Assembly (NCBI RefSeq): GCF_032062105.1
Contig: NW_026925128.1
Coordinates: forward strand, 1 to 64,000
Source: Saccostrea cucullata
Taxonomy: Eukaryota
Direction: 5' to 3'
DNA length: 64,000 nt
Shown here: positions 24,785 to 39,700 of the stretch, piece by piece
Position numbering within the stretch: the stretch's first letter is position 1
Layout of the letters: each line of letters starts with the position of its first letter
The notes under the pieces: generated by a model
What the model was told of the DNA's origin: nothing
The model's database searches: none
Seen by the model: only the letters and a program-made list of their open reading frames with translations
Made by a program: the position numbers and the translations under genes

Positions 24785-27700
24785 TACAAAAATTTTTTTG
24801 TTTGTACATGTTACATACTTACCTTATATAGGTATGTGCGGGGGTCTGTTTTATAAAAGGTCAAATACTGAACTTGATTTGCACCCCCCCCCCCCCCCCA
24901 GGCAATCTAATGATTAAATAAAGAAAACCACATTCAGTCTTTAATATTTTTAGTATTCTTGTCTAATTTAAAGAAAATAATTATTATTGTTGACCTTTTA
25001 TATCATGCTGATCTAACAACTATAGCTAGGTTACATTTAATCTAAACTTTTTGACAAATATATAGTAATCCCTGATAAAAGGGATATAAAATATTTATCT
25101 TTGACAAGATGATTCAATATGATTATCACAAATCATATATTATGAAGAAACATTAATTAAAATGAACTATGATCCCATCCCTAGCAAGCACCAAATCTTT
25201 TAGATAAAAAGATCCTCTTAACAAATTGACTATTAAATACAGAGTTGTTGAAATTTAAGATGTACACTGTATATCAACTGATAAAACAGGCACTAACAAG
25301 TAATTTACACATGACAGTACAGTCAAACTTGTCTTAGCGGCCACCCGAAATCAACGGCCACTCGCGATCAGCGGCCACTTTCAGTTCCCCCCGAGGATTT
25401 TTACTATATATTTTAACTGGAATAAACGGCCACCTATGTAACGCGGCCAGCGGCCACTCAAATTCCCCACCCACAGCCTTATTGACACTGTAATAGGCGG
25501 CCATTTCGTCACTTGCTGTGATTCTATTGTGTCTTTTAAACTCAATCGCTTATGTAATTATATCCCGATAGCCAATTTAAACTAGCTATTAATGCAATTA
25601 AACAAATTACTATTAGATACACTGAACTCTGTTTGCATTTATGAAAAAATCTGTTAGATCAATTTGTAATTATTTTTCAAGATCGCCGATTGCAAAATAA
25701 AAATAATTTAAATACAATTGATGCTTTCCTCTATCTAAAGAAATTCACACCTTTTGAATTTTGATTCCATGTAGAAGCCCTAATTGCTACTCTTGTGAAA
25801 ACAAAGTGCTTCATGTGGCATGATTATCTCGTGAATTTCACTATTAACAGACAATCGATAGGGATTAGTCACGCTCTACTGCATATGACACCTGTGTTAT
25901 GGAATGATTTCAACTGCGTCAATACATCTCTCTGGTCAACTGGTTAATTTTATTTCTGTGTCTTATGTTACATAGAAATTCTGATAGATTTATAAACAAT
26001 AAAATTTCCCAAACTTTAAAAACTTCAGCAAGTAAGTTAATTGCCGATGAATTAATGGAAGGGGGGGGGGTTACACTGCTGACCATTTTTGAACATATGC
26101 AAGTGAAATTTTTATTGACATATTCTTACTGGTACTTAACTTTCTATGCTTTATTTTATTTACCATTAAACTGTATTTTTGTGTATTTTTTTTTTTTCTT
26201 TATAAAAAAGGATAATAGTCAGACACTGTATGTATTTCTTGTTTGACTAATATGTAGGAACAGAAACATGCACAAAACCTTAAAAAATTCTAATTCTTTA
26301 ATAGTTTTTTGAATGAGCTTGAATTATTATATATACACATAAATAGCCTTTGTTAAATTGACCTGTTTTATTATTTTATTAATTTCACTGTTGCGCTTAA
26401 TGTTGTTTATTCATTTCCCGAATATCTTTTTCGAGGGCAAACTGGAATAAGAGGCCACCTGTCTTAAGTGGCCAGTTTCCAGACTTCCCAAAGGTGGCCT
26501 CTTAAAACAAGTTTGACTGTATTTGACTTTGATGATCTTATGCAAGTCTAAACATAGGTAGAAGCACATTCAGAAATGTATACCTATAGGTCCTTAAAGG
26601 TCAAGGTCTCAAATACCCAGTGAATGTTCTCTACAATCTGTTATACTTTCATTTAAGTTCTTTTATTTATTAATATATTTACATCCATTGAATATTTTCT
26701 CCTTTATTTCTTAAGAAAACCCATTGCGTTAATCACTGCATGAACTACATTAGACATGTCACGCGACTGTACCTGTGCAGATTTCTTGATCAGTGGCTGT
26801 TCCATCAATGAAACATATAAAGACGTTTGCATCCTTAATACAATAATTAATCTTTTTAATCCTACTTTAAATGATTATTTTCACAGATATAAATATAAAC
26901 AATAAAATGTCTTTTTTGTTTGTTAATTATTCTAAATTAACATCAGCTATTGCAGAAAAAATTTACATAACCCGCTTACGCGGGTTATGTATTTTTTCTG
27001 CAACAGCTGCTTCCATTAATTCCAGTAATAACAAACAAAGAAAACATTTTATTGTTTAAATAAACATGGGATAGTGAGAGTTTAAGAAATCAGCATACTG
27101 GTAATTTTGTACCCGTGAATTAAATAGAAAGAATATGCGGAATTATGACCCCACCGAAAAAAAGTACATCTACAGTATTTTAGTGAATAGCTCCAGACAT
27201 TGCTATACAGTTCAGAAAATTGTTTTCAATTAATTCAGCTTTATAACTTTATGTTGGCCATCCTTTCCTTTCCTCATAAATTAATGATAAAACAAATTAT
27301 ACAATTCAGTAAAAATTATCAAAGTTTTCATCTGAAATCATTTCCTTCAATTAAAATGATCAATTCTCTGTATCAGAACAACTGCCATTTCCTTGTTGTT
27401 ATCTGTATAAATACATTATGTACCTTATTCCTGATTAACCACAAAATCATGTTTCAATAAATGATGCAACATAATCTTCACTGTCTTCTGATCTTTAAGT
27501 ACACAAATACCAACTCTCAAAACAATTCATAATCATAATAATTGTACAAATCTTTATTTTAAATGCACACAAATTAGAAAATTTAATGGGTGAATCGTTT
27601 TATGTATTGTTTCATATGAGAATGTTTTAGATCAATCTGGGGAAAAAAGCATATAATAAAGCTGAGAAGAATGTTTTGGTACATGTATAAGAAGGCTTAT

Positions 27701-30700
27701 ATAAAATATATCTTACTATTTGTTCTTAAATTCTGTTTGTTTTTTGGGTTTTTTTTTAACAGAATCTCAAAAGAAATGTTTGCATAAAAACTTCTGTAAA
27801 ATTCAGACAATCATAGTTTATAGCTTTAGGCCTTCAATTTCAAACTTTTAAACATTTTTAGCACTCAATTCAGACATTATATATCAACATGCTGTGTGCA
27901 CTCTAAGACAAATAAAATTTATCTCACTCCCTCCATCGAGATCAAAGACATGCTTTACAATCTGTATACCTTAAAAGTTGATAGATTTAAGCAAAAGTGA
28001 CTCCCCATCATTCAGAATTAGTCAAACTTACGGTAGATATATATGTACTTTGACTGGCCATTTGCAGTACATTTATTCTACATTCATGCCTAAAAAGAGG
28101 TAGAGCCACTGTGGGCTTTATTTGGCCCTGAGAATTTCTGAAAAATCAAAACCACTCAGTTTAGGTTGCAAATGCAGTATTTATTACTTGGAGTATTGGT
28201 GACCACCTATCTATTCATCATGATGTAATTTTCCATCTAGTCAATGCATTTTGACGTCATAAAATACATCATTTTCTTCATATCCTGTAAATTCCTTTGA
28301 AAATGACCTAAAGTTGAAGCATTTTTTCAATATTTCATATAGAACACAACCTCTGATCCAAAATATGCAAATACATAATGAAAGCTCTGTTTCTGAAGAT
28401 CAAAAAACATGTTTTACTTTTTGGATCATGGACTGTGCTCATATTTTAATTCTTTGCAAAAGATAGTCAAATACGCATGGCCTTTTCTGCAAATTTCAAG
28501 AACATTGCAATTTCTCAAACCTGTTTTCCAATATCAAGATTCTCAAAACGAAATTTTATTATAGAAAATAAAAGCACCAAGTGTCTACTTTATTTTGATA
28601 TATGAAATGGGAAAGAGGATGGTAGTTAATTAATTGATATAAGTACAGGGCCATTTTATGCATAAGATGGCTCTTGCTCTTTAAACACTCATTGGGCATG
28701 AAGAAAAAGAATACAGTATATTTTGTTTCTGATAAACTTTGTATCATTATCATGAATATTTTCATTTTCAAAACACAATTTTTGAATGAAACATCATAGA
28801 ATGCCTGATGTAAAATTATTTTAAATTATTAAGAAAGTGAAGTAAATTTGGACTATATTAGTTTTTTCTCAACATTATTCAATCAGTGCAAGTACTTAAT
28901 GCATACAAATGTCATAAAGCTGACTGATCACCTTCAATAATATTGCCAATACCAGGCGACTTTTATGTCCACTTTATAACAAAAACCACAAACTGCCCCT
29001 GATAAAATCCGACTTTTTACCATCTCATTATCATTAATAAGGACTCGTCTCTCAGTCAAAACACTTCATGACTAACATTGAAGTGGGTGGCTTTGAATAT
29101 AACACTGAATCACTTAGCTGCAGAACTGTAGCTCTCTGACAAAAATATACACTGGAGAGCTTAGATACAGTGCCAACCATTGAAAAAAAAAAACTGTCTT
29201 TGCACATAAAAAATGTGCTGTTTCATCAATTTTTTTCTCTGTGTGTTTTCAAACTGCCATCTCAAAATACATTTGTATTACTAATCTAGTGCTCCTACCA
29301 TATTTTTTTTTATAATTTCCACAACAAACCATTTCTTATAATTGTTAACAGCCCTCTCTAGTCTGAAATTGAGACTCAATTTGTAAGTTTGAGATGGCAA
29401 GATTTAACTGTATATACTTTCATAAAAAAATTATCATACATGTACATTTGCTCTCATAAATTTGCATTTAAAAAACATTTAATGAAATCCCTACCAGTGA
29501 AACCAGAGGGGACTATAGGTTTCTTCTGAGTCTGTCTGTCCGTCTGTGTAAAATGAGCTGCTCTGGTCAAAGTATGCATGTATAAATATCTGATGGCAGG
29601 GAAACAAGTCTTTCTTTGCAAGGCAGATCGACTTCATTCCAAGACATTTCAATCATAATTTTCATAATTAAGTAATTACCAAAATGTCCACAGGGGAACT
29701 TTTTCATATAAAAGATACTATAATATGACATCCTAAACAGAAAAGGGGATCCCGGTGTCATATAATATATTGAACCCTGCGATATTTTGAACCCGGGTTC
29801 AAAATATCGCTGCGAAATATTGAACCCCCCTATAAAATATTGAACCCGGGGTTCAAAATATTATGGCAATAAAATATTGAGTCCCCCTGTCCATTTAATT
29901 TAAGAGGTAGGGGCAAAATATTATGGCCATAAAATATATATTTTACAGGGAGGGGGTTCAAAATATTATGGCCAGTCCCCCTGCCCATTTAATTTTAGAG
30001 GGAGGGGGGCAAAATATTATGGTTCCCCCTGCCCTTTTAATTGATGAGGTAGGGGGTTCAAAATATTATGGCCATAAAATATTGAACCCCCCTGCTCTTT
30101 AAATTTAAGAGGGAGGGGTTTCAAAATATTATGGCCATAAAATATTGAATCCCCCTGCCCATTTAATTTTACAGGGAGGGGGTTCAAAATATTATGGCCA
30201 TAAAATATTGAATCCCCCTGCCCATTTATTTTTACAGGGAGGAGGTTCCAAATATTATGGCCATAAAATATTGATTCCCCCTGCCCTTTAAATTTAAGAG
30301 GGAGGGGGTTCAAAATATTATGGCCATAAAATATCGAGTCCCCCATCCATTTAATTTTACAGGGAGGGGGGCTCAAAATATTATGGCGATAAATTATTCA
30401 GTCACCCTATTGAACTGTTTTGAAAAGGGAATGATGATATAATATGCCTGCAAATAATCTAAAACCCTTCTCCCACTTACACACTTCCACTGGCCATAAT
30501 ATTTTGAACCCCCTCCCTCATCAATGAAAAGGGCAGGGGGACTCAATTTTTTATGGCTATAATATTTTGAACCCCCTCCCTCATAAATTGAAAAGGCAGG
30601 GGACTCAATATTTTATGGCCATAATATTTTGAACCCCCTCCCTCATAAATTAAATGGACAGGGGGACTCAATATTTTATGGCCATAATATTTTGAACCCC

Positions 30701-33700
30701 CTCCCTCATCAATTCAATATTTTATGGCCATAATATTTTGAACCCCCTCCCTCATAAATTAAATGGACAGGGGGATTCGATATTTTATGGCCATAATATT
30801 TTGAACCCCCCTCCCTGTAAATTAAATAAGCAGGGGTACTCAATATTTTATGGCCATAATATTTTGAACCCCCCTAGATGTAGAATTAAATGGGCAGGGG
30901 GACTCAATATTTTATGGCCATAATATTTTGAACCCCCTACCTCTTAAATGAAAAAGGTAGGGGTTCAATATTTTATAAGGGGGTTCAATATATCGCAGCG
31001 AAAAAGTGAACCCAGGTTCAAAATATTATGCGATATTTTGAACCCGGGTTCAATATATCGCGGTATCAAAATATTATGCTACACCGGTAAGGGACATGTA
31101 TTGCTTAGGCAATTATACTCTCAGAATGCTTGTTTCAGAAGATATTTTCATAAGCAAATCAGACAACTTACTCTGAACAGTTTCTCATAAATTGTGCTAG
31201 TTGCATACTGGAGATACTATGAGCAAGTTAGCTCATGAAATTATACCCCTAATGCAATTTTTCATATTTTGCTATTTGCAATTTCATAACTGTCATGACC
31301 TAGAACTTCCAAAAATGACTTTGCTGTAGAAAAAGACACATGCTTTGATTATAAAAAATCTTTGAGTAAAATATAAACATCCATTGTTTCTTATTAATAC
31401 AGAAATTAATAATTAATGAACCTGATATGAATTTTCCTCTTTTTTCTGTCAGTGGCCTTGAATTTACCAAAATGATCTTTAGGGATAGATCATGACACAC
31501 CCTATAAGTCATAAGAAGTCTTTGTAACCTTGAACTTGTTGTAATGACCTTGTATCAACATCAAAATCTACCTTACATGTAATATTTGCTTCATTTTTAT
31601 TGATATAAAAGCTATAAATGCCCATTTCCAAAGAAAGAAATTAATTTAATTTGTCTGCAAAATGGGCATTTAATCTTCCTACTTTGCAGAAAGCAATAAT
31701 TCTGGAATATTACAAATTATTCAATAGAAAATAAACTTTTATGTAATACACTGAATAATTATATAACTAGTATTTTAATGATTTTACTTTATGTAGTAAA
31801 CACATAGGAAGAAGGAAGAAATTATGTAGAATTAATTGCCTTTATGAACATGATGGTATTTAACTCTTATTACAAGGAGGAACTTAATTTTAGCACTCAG
31901 TGGATGAGCAAAGCAGACAATAATTTGGTCTATACGAAAACCATATGACATTTATGAAGAAGCTACTCAAAAGAGGAGACGAAAAACTTGTAAACAAGCA
32001 AGAGAAATAAATACTCAATTTCACTGACATAAATTAATGCAAACACTCAACTTACGGATCTGAGGAAAACGAATTTTTAATCCGAGTAAAAATACTTCCA
32101 AGAGAAAGTTTTGAAGAATCTGCAGACTTCATTATAAAGCAACAAAAATTGTCATCCTCAAAAGAATCATAACACAGAAAATAGCATCTAAGCACAAACA
32201 AATGAACACAACTAGGTATAATTAGAGTGTGGTATTAACTTTTCAGGATATAAATGCATGGCCACTAGATTCAGGCTTGAGTCACTCAATATTAAGTAAT
32301 GCATGACGATCAGCTTATGATGGACAAGGATCAATTTCTGACAACCTTTAGTCCAGTGTTTGTGCAGGTGACTTAACATTTGAAAGATCTCAAACTGTAT
32401 GTCTGGTCTTTGCCAACCACAGACTGAAAGAAAACCTGCCTGTATACCGCAAACATCTTCACATTGCATATCTCGATCATCAATTATTGGCTTGATCGAT
32501 GCACAATGCAATTTGGAACTGGTAGGTCATCTTAGTGCGCATTCAATGGCTATATTCAATTAATAAATGTACATCCTTATTTGTACCAAAGTAAATATAA
32601 AATTGTGAGTAAATTTATCACATTTAAATAACTGAATCAAAATTATACTTGTATGTGTACTCTAGCTATTTAGATTACCTTTGTCAAATTTATAAAAATT
32701 CCACAACTTGTTCAATTTTTTTTTGACTGATTAAATATGTAAAATATATACGCGGGACGGAAATCCAAGCGTACTTAATATAAATGTAAGGCATATAGTG
32801 ACAATCAGCATTTGCAGATTAAACAGAAATTGTTATTGTGTATGCGAAAAAAGGTCTACAGTATATGGACATGGTCATTTCTGAATCAGCATTTGCAGGT
32901 TACATTTTGTGTATGCGAGGGTAACATGATACTTGTCATGACTTGTGCCATTTTATCAGTAAATTGAATTTTATTGTTTTGAAATTCTGCCTGAATCTTA
33001 ATGTGTTTTGCTAAAAGAAACTCCAACAAGACAACATATACTTGACACAGTTATAAAGTTAAACACATCAGGTAGAGAAAATGTTATTTATGACCATCCC
33101 TGGTATGAGCTCATCTTTAATTTTGAAATATGTATTTTTTGTGACTTTCCATTAGTATAAGTTATCATTTAATATGTCTTTCTTGCTTCATATAAACTTA
33201 ATTAACACTTTAGGAAATTTGAGAAAAGTAATCATAATATAGACAAAATAATCTTATATTACCTAACTTTTCAATACCATTCACAGATATTTTACCCACT
33301 TTTATGATATGGTGTCTGTCCCAGTATTAAATTCAAGTACCTGTAGGACCCCAGTGAAAGTGTTTATTGAATAAACAAAGAGTTTAAGTAACCTTTTCCT
33401 ACCCTAGCAGGTAAAAGTAACATGGTGTACAATTTTGTTACAAAGAAACGACAAGATTCTTCTATGACTCAAAAAAATATACTAATATTAACCAATTGTA
33501 AAAATATATTTGTAATTCCATATGCAAACATTTTTAATATTTATTTACAATCAGATATATGTGTAATATATGTGGTTTTAAATAATTCACACTAACCTTA
33601 AACCTTCTAGTCCTAAAAAATTCCAAGTATATGGACCTCACAACTTTGCTGGAAAAAAATCTAACTAAAGAAACCTATGTACTTACTGAACATGAATATT

Positions 33701-36700
33701 GTCCACTGCCCAAGAATTACGAATTCTGCTAACAGTATCTGAAACACTATCCTTAATTCGATGTACAGCAGTCAACATGGTCTCTTATTTTAAAACTGTT
33801 AAAATATTTTTGTCACCATCAAGTGATGAACTGATATGTCGCACAGCAGTTTCCTATCGATATGTAATCAAAGAGAAAAACGCATTGTCACAAGGAAAAA
33901 AAATATGGGATTAGCCAAGATTCTGTTCAAGAGGGAAGTAACATTGTTTTATGATCCATTGAAGACCTAAAATAAGTGAGACAGAAGGGAGATCTTTGTT
34001 TGCACCTGTATCCTTTAGGGGACATTTCAAAATTTAAATGGATCAATTTCACATCTCTTTCAAGTTTGATGGCCTTATCTAAGCCAGGACATATATAGAG
34101 TCCTCAATGAAAGAGAAGCACATATGACTTGAGAAAAGATGCCTGCATGGTCACACTGCATTTATAATGAGACAAATAGAACTTCATCCACCTGAGGTAT
34201 TGTTAAATGAATGAATTTATTTCAATAATGATCATATGGTAACTTAAATACATCATATGTTTTTCAAAGATGAATATTTACCAATCAAATCAAAATTAAT
34301 ATTACAAAAAATGCATTTTTAATTCAATTTTGTACAGTATACGATAAGCCTGACAGTCACCAATTTCATACTTGCAATAAATAATCTTAAATGAAATTTG
34401 TTCATGACACCTTAATGTATCTGTTTACAGGTAAATAAGGGGGAAAACATTGCAACATGATAAGTTCATTAGCTGACTCACTATAGGGTCAATGTTTGTT
34501 CAGAATAGTAAATACCTAATTAATAAGGTCATGGACTGTCCAAATGTTTAACATGTTCCAGAGATATGGAAAAAGTCAACACATCAATGTGTCAGGCACA
34601 GAGAGACATGAAGAAAGACAGATCAAATTATCCTTATAGTTATCTATGTAAGGTCCATGTATGTCTAATGTTAGGTGTCTCTTTAAGGCTGATCTGTAAC
34701 TATGTCATATTTTATCATTATCAGAACAAGTATATTTTGCTTAAATGTTTGGCATTAGGTTTCCTTTCATCTTTCTATAACCTGGTATTAAAGGATAAAA
34801 TGCTATGACATTAAAACAAGGATTTAGGTCTTAGCTATTTCCATTGAATCCTAGAAATGTGTACTTATCACCAAAACCATAATAAGGTCACTGGTTATCA
34901 AACTGAATAGTAACAACCACATGTCTATATTGCAGTTCTCAGTCTTAAATGGTTTTGCCACAGACATTAAAATCTTTCATTGCACTAAGATCCTCCCCTT
35001 TTTGTATCAGTATTTCTGGCTATATATAACTCTTTTGTTTCAATACAATATCTCGAGAAGCTTTTGCAATGAAATTTTACACAACAACTCTCTATGGCCT
35101 ATAGAAGACCTCTATCAATTTTGAGATAAAAAGGTCAAAGGTCAAGGTTAAAAAAAAAAAAAAAACACTTTTGTTTCTAGTACATGGTATCTCAAGAAAC
35201 CTTTGAGCTTTTGCGGTGAAATTTAAACCACAACTCCCTGTAGCCTAAGGAAGACCCCTATTGATTTTGACATCAAATGGTCAAAGGTCAAGGTCAAAAT
35301 TCATATGTTCTGTGTGTATATGTAAAACTTTCATTTCCTTGCAATATTTCAAAAACCTTTTGCCTTCTAAAAGTGCCCCTCTTGATGGCAAAGATTCAAC
35401 AGAGCTTTAAAGTATTTTCCATTCACAGTTATGCTCTCAAACCATTTTCATTCATAAGGTATGCCATCATCAAAAAATGACCTATCAGCGAATTCTTTTA
35501 TCACTCCTCCTTCAAATATCATTCTAGACTGTATAAAAATGATTTTAAGATAACAGTTGTAATAGTCAATTTCCTTGCCCCCTATTTATCACAAACATAT
35601 AGAACTTCTAGTCTTCCTTGTTTCTTACATAAGTTTGTACTTAAAGTGTGTATTGTTTTTATAGTTAGTATGTGAAGTACAAAGCACTTCTAGTGTATTA
35701 CATATGAACATGTACTGCATCATGTAATATTATTATCCTCCTTCTCAAACTACTATGAAATTAACTCTCGATCTTCCTGCTGCATTGTTTTAAATGCTTA
35801 CTACATCAAGCATAAATAAAGAAGTTTATAAATTCAATCCACATTCATAATTTGCAAGAAATCAATTAAATAAGAGGGAATCATGTGTTGAATTCAATAC
35901 AAATAAACTTTTGAAATTAAGTAGACTGTAATTATGAATTGTTGCATAGGCTAGTTGCTTGCTGGAAAAAATCACTATAAATTACCCACAAATAGCATAA
36001 TCCTCTTATGAAGCATTATTATCTGCAAAAATATGCTTATTTCATTGTTGGGCTATGTTATTCTCTGATTATTTAAAGAAATTTTTTTCTTCCTTCCTTC
36101 TTCACTGAGAAATTTTATGTCTTAAAAATCTTTAAAAATTTTAAAATACTTAACTCACATCCCATTTTTTCTTCATATGCATCGTCTATATAATTGTATG
36201 TTACGGTTGCACCTAAGCAGAGTGTTTTATCACTAAAATAAATGTTCTCTGGACTCGGTTTAACAACAGAATGGGTTCTGTGCATTGGGAATTAATTTAG
36301 CAAAGAAAAACACTGGAGATGGAACTCTAACTCAGTGCATTTACTATGAAATTTAATTCAAAGAGTTTCAAACATCAACATGCCTCACATGGCGTGTATT
36401 TTTAAAGTTAAAATGTTATGGAAAAGTTTTTAATTCTTCAATTTATACAGTAAAACCCAATTATTGCGAAGTCACTGGGACCTATGAAATTACTTTGCTA
36501 TATATCCGTATTTCGTTATATCCGTACAAGGAATTCGTTAAATTTATATGGCTGGGATCCAAGATAACCGCTACATGTATATCCATGAATTCGCAATATC
36601 CGTGTTCATACAAGACAAGTTTTACTATGATAAGGATTGAGTTTTTGGGTAAAAGATATCCACAGTCTTTAAAGGGTTTGTTCCCATATTAATTTGATAG

Positions 36701-39700
36701 TCGTTTTTAATGGAACCAATTATTTTCTCAAAACTTGTTTTGGAGCGATTTTGCAATATTCTGCTATATAACATAACTATATATATATGCCTTTGTTCTT
36801 GCAGAGCCGTCCGATAATAATAATTACCAGTCTGATAATATATTATCGGATGGCAATGATAACAAAATCGGACGGTATTTAAAAACCAAAAGAAGAGTGG
36901 TATATGTCCACCCTCCTAACCCCCATCCCCACCTCCCACCCAAAAAAAAAGGAAAAAAATCAGGGAAAGCAATCGCAAAGAAATTTAGTTGCTACAAAAT
37001 AGCAAATCCATGAAAAAATCGAGTTTAAACCGTCCTCAAAATTAATACTTCCCATCTTAAAGTGTTTTTGATACAGCACTTTGAATAAGCGAATTTAAAT
37101 CCATTTCTGAGAAATAATCGGCAAATCTATTTATTTTATACGGATGTTACTAAATGGCTGCACTTGTAAAACCTGAGAATTTCCATTATATAAACTAAAA
37201 CTCCAGGATGAAAATCCGCATTTTTACTTTCCATGGTGGCGGTAATAATTCCACCAAAAAAATTCTGTATCAGGTCAATTTATGCACAAAATAATAAAAA
37301 TGTTCCAAAATAAAAAGGAAATCCTTCCCCACCGGACCCCTGTCTTGCTTATCTAAACGACTGCCATTGAATGAATGAAATGAAACAAGAGTTCACCCAC
37401 TGTTTTTACTGTCTCTTTTCTTTTGTCTACTTATTAGACGGTTAAAAAACAATTGATGCCTAAACTCCCATTGTGTTATTATCGGACTCCTCCAGGTAAC
37501 TTTTGGACATTTAAATGGCAATGTTTTAAGTAAGATATATGCCTCATACTATTCTATATGTAAAATTATCAGACAGTTTTCGGCCCTAACGGGCCTCAAA
37601 CAGTCTGATAATTTTACATATATAACAGTATTCAGCATATATCCATAGATATTCTAACTGTGGAGAGGGTTTGTCAGGAGACACAGTTAGATTATTCTAA
37701 GTTAACTAGGTTGCTCCAACAAATAAAATGGGGAAAATATACTAATTTTTTTTGTTGTATTTATCTAAGTACAATTAAGTTAAGTTACCAGAAGTCTCTT
37801 TCAAGACTGTTAGAGCAGATCTATTGGTTTGTACTTATATCAAAGGAAGAGAAAAGTAGCTTAAGACTTGAAACTTTGCAAAAGCAATAACTAGAATAAT
37901 GTTCCTTGATTAAGTCTCTTTTTGTGGCAAGATTGCAATAAGACTACAACTGTAGGAGTAGCTTTAAATAAAATTTTACAGAATTTACAATTTTAGTTAC
38001 CAGGGCAACATCATTCATCAAAAAATAAAAAAACAAAAAAGACAAATATGTATTTCAGTGTAGTCTACTTGCCTGCCACATATTATATCATAATCAGACT
38101 AAAACTGTATTTGTAGTAGCATTTTTAAAGTATTTCACAGAAATTTCTATTTTTAGTAACCACAACAACACCGTTCATCGAAATAAAAAAACAGAATAAA
38201 CAGATTATGTAACTTAGTGAAGTCTACTTATGCCCAGACCAAGACTGTAGCATTTTGAAAGTAATACACAGAAATTTCTATTTTTAGTAACCACGGCAAT
38301 ACCGTTTAAAACCAAGATAAAGAATTATGTATCTTAGTGTAGTCTACTTGTGTGCTAAGTTATATTGAAATCAGACCAAATCTGTAGGAGGAGTAGCATT
38401 TTGAAAAGATTTCACAGAAATTTCTTTTTTCAGTAACCAAGGAACACCGTTCATCGAAACTGAAAACTGATTCACAGAATAATGTATCTTAGTGCACTCT
38501 ACTTGTGTGCCAAATTATATTGAAATCAGACCAAAATTGTATGAAAAATTGTTTACAGACAGAGAGACAGATGGCCGATGGAAACATCACTATCGTCTCT
38601 GACCAGTAGAGCTAAAAATATTCATGTCATTGAATAAAACTCTCAAAGTTATTGCAGAATGACCAAGTTAACTGTAGATATCCTGGGCAAGTTATCTCCC
38701 CTGTACTAATTAAATATCACAGAGAAAATGCCTATCCTGAACTTTGTTTACGTGCCTTCTATCATTAAACTCAGTAGATGAATTTGATACTAGGTTCAAA
38801 TTACTAACATATAGGTAACTTGTTTTGATAGCTAGCTATAGAAAAATTGTCTAACTTTGAAGCTAAAAAATAGCTCAATACAGAAAAATTTCCTTTAGCA
38901 CATATGAAATGTTTTGTTTTGCCATTTACCTTATACAGTATAACAAATTTTAGTGGAAATTTATTATCATGGGTACAATGTAGATGCAAGCATACCTTCA
39001 ATAATAGTTCAATGCAGTAAAATTCTTATGCTTTGTAATATTTATAGGAATTCGTGGATTGGAAGTCTTGTTGTAGTTATAAGTTGTATAATGGACACTT
39101 TAGTAATACTTCAACTAGATTTCACAATGTGTTATTACATAGGAATGTGCACTAAATGCACGAAAAAAAAACCCAACATGCCTGCAGGTCTACATATTCA
39201 AGTCTCATGAGTCTCTCACCATACAATTTATTCAGCTTTATCTGCTCTAGGCATGAATGCAGAATCCAGAGGTCATAAAATGTATACTTATTTAAGGATC
39301 TGTGGGTTTTTTATTAAAAAGCCTTTGTATTAACCTCCCAAAAATCATTTAATATGGATTTTAGCCTATGAACTCCACGGGTTTTTTTTGGGGGTGGGGT
39401 TTTAAATATCACAGTTTGATTTTTGTGGTCTTCTGTTGATTACTCAAAATGATTATATTAGGGTAACAGGTGTAACACCTGCATGACAATGGAGATGAAA
39501 ATTAAAAGTTAAACATGTTAAAGGTCACCTGAGTCCAAGCATGTAAACTCAGGTGACACAGAAAAAAAAGCTTGCCAAAGAAATGTATCCAGCAAGTGAT
39601 TATTTCTTTTAATTCTTTTTTTTTATACACTGTACAAGGAAGAATAGCCCATTCTGAGATGTAGCATATACTTCCTGTGTTTAGAATTTCTTTTACAAAA

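Noticed and set aside
29840-30990. Regular repeats resembling a CRISPR array, and periodic FYGHNIL ORFs
   Set aside because: The intervening sequences are variants of one unit rather than unique spacers. The context is a eukaryotic intron with no cas genes.
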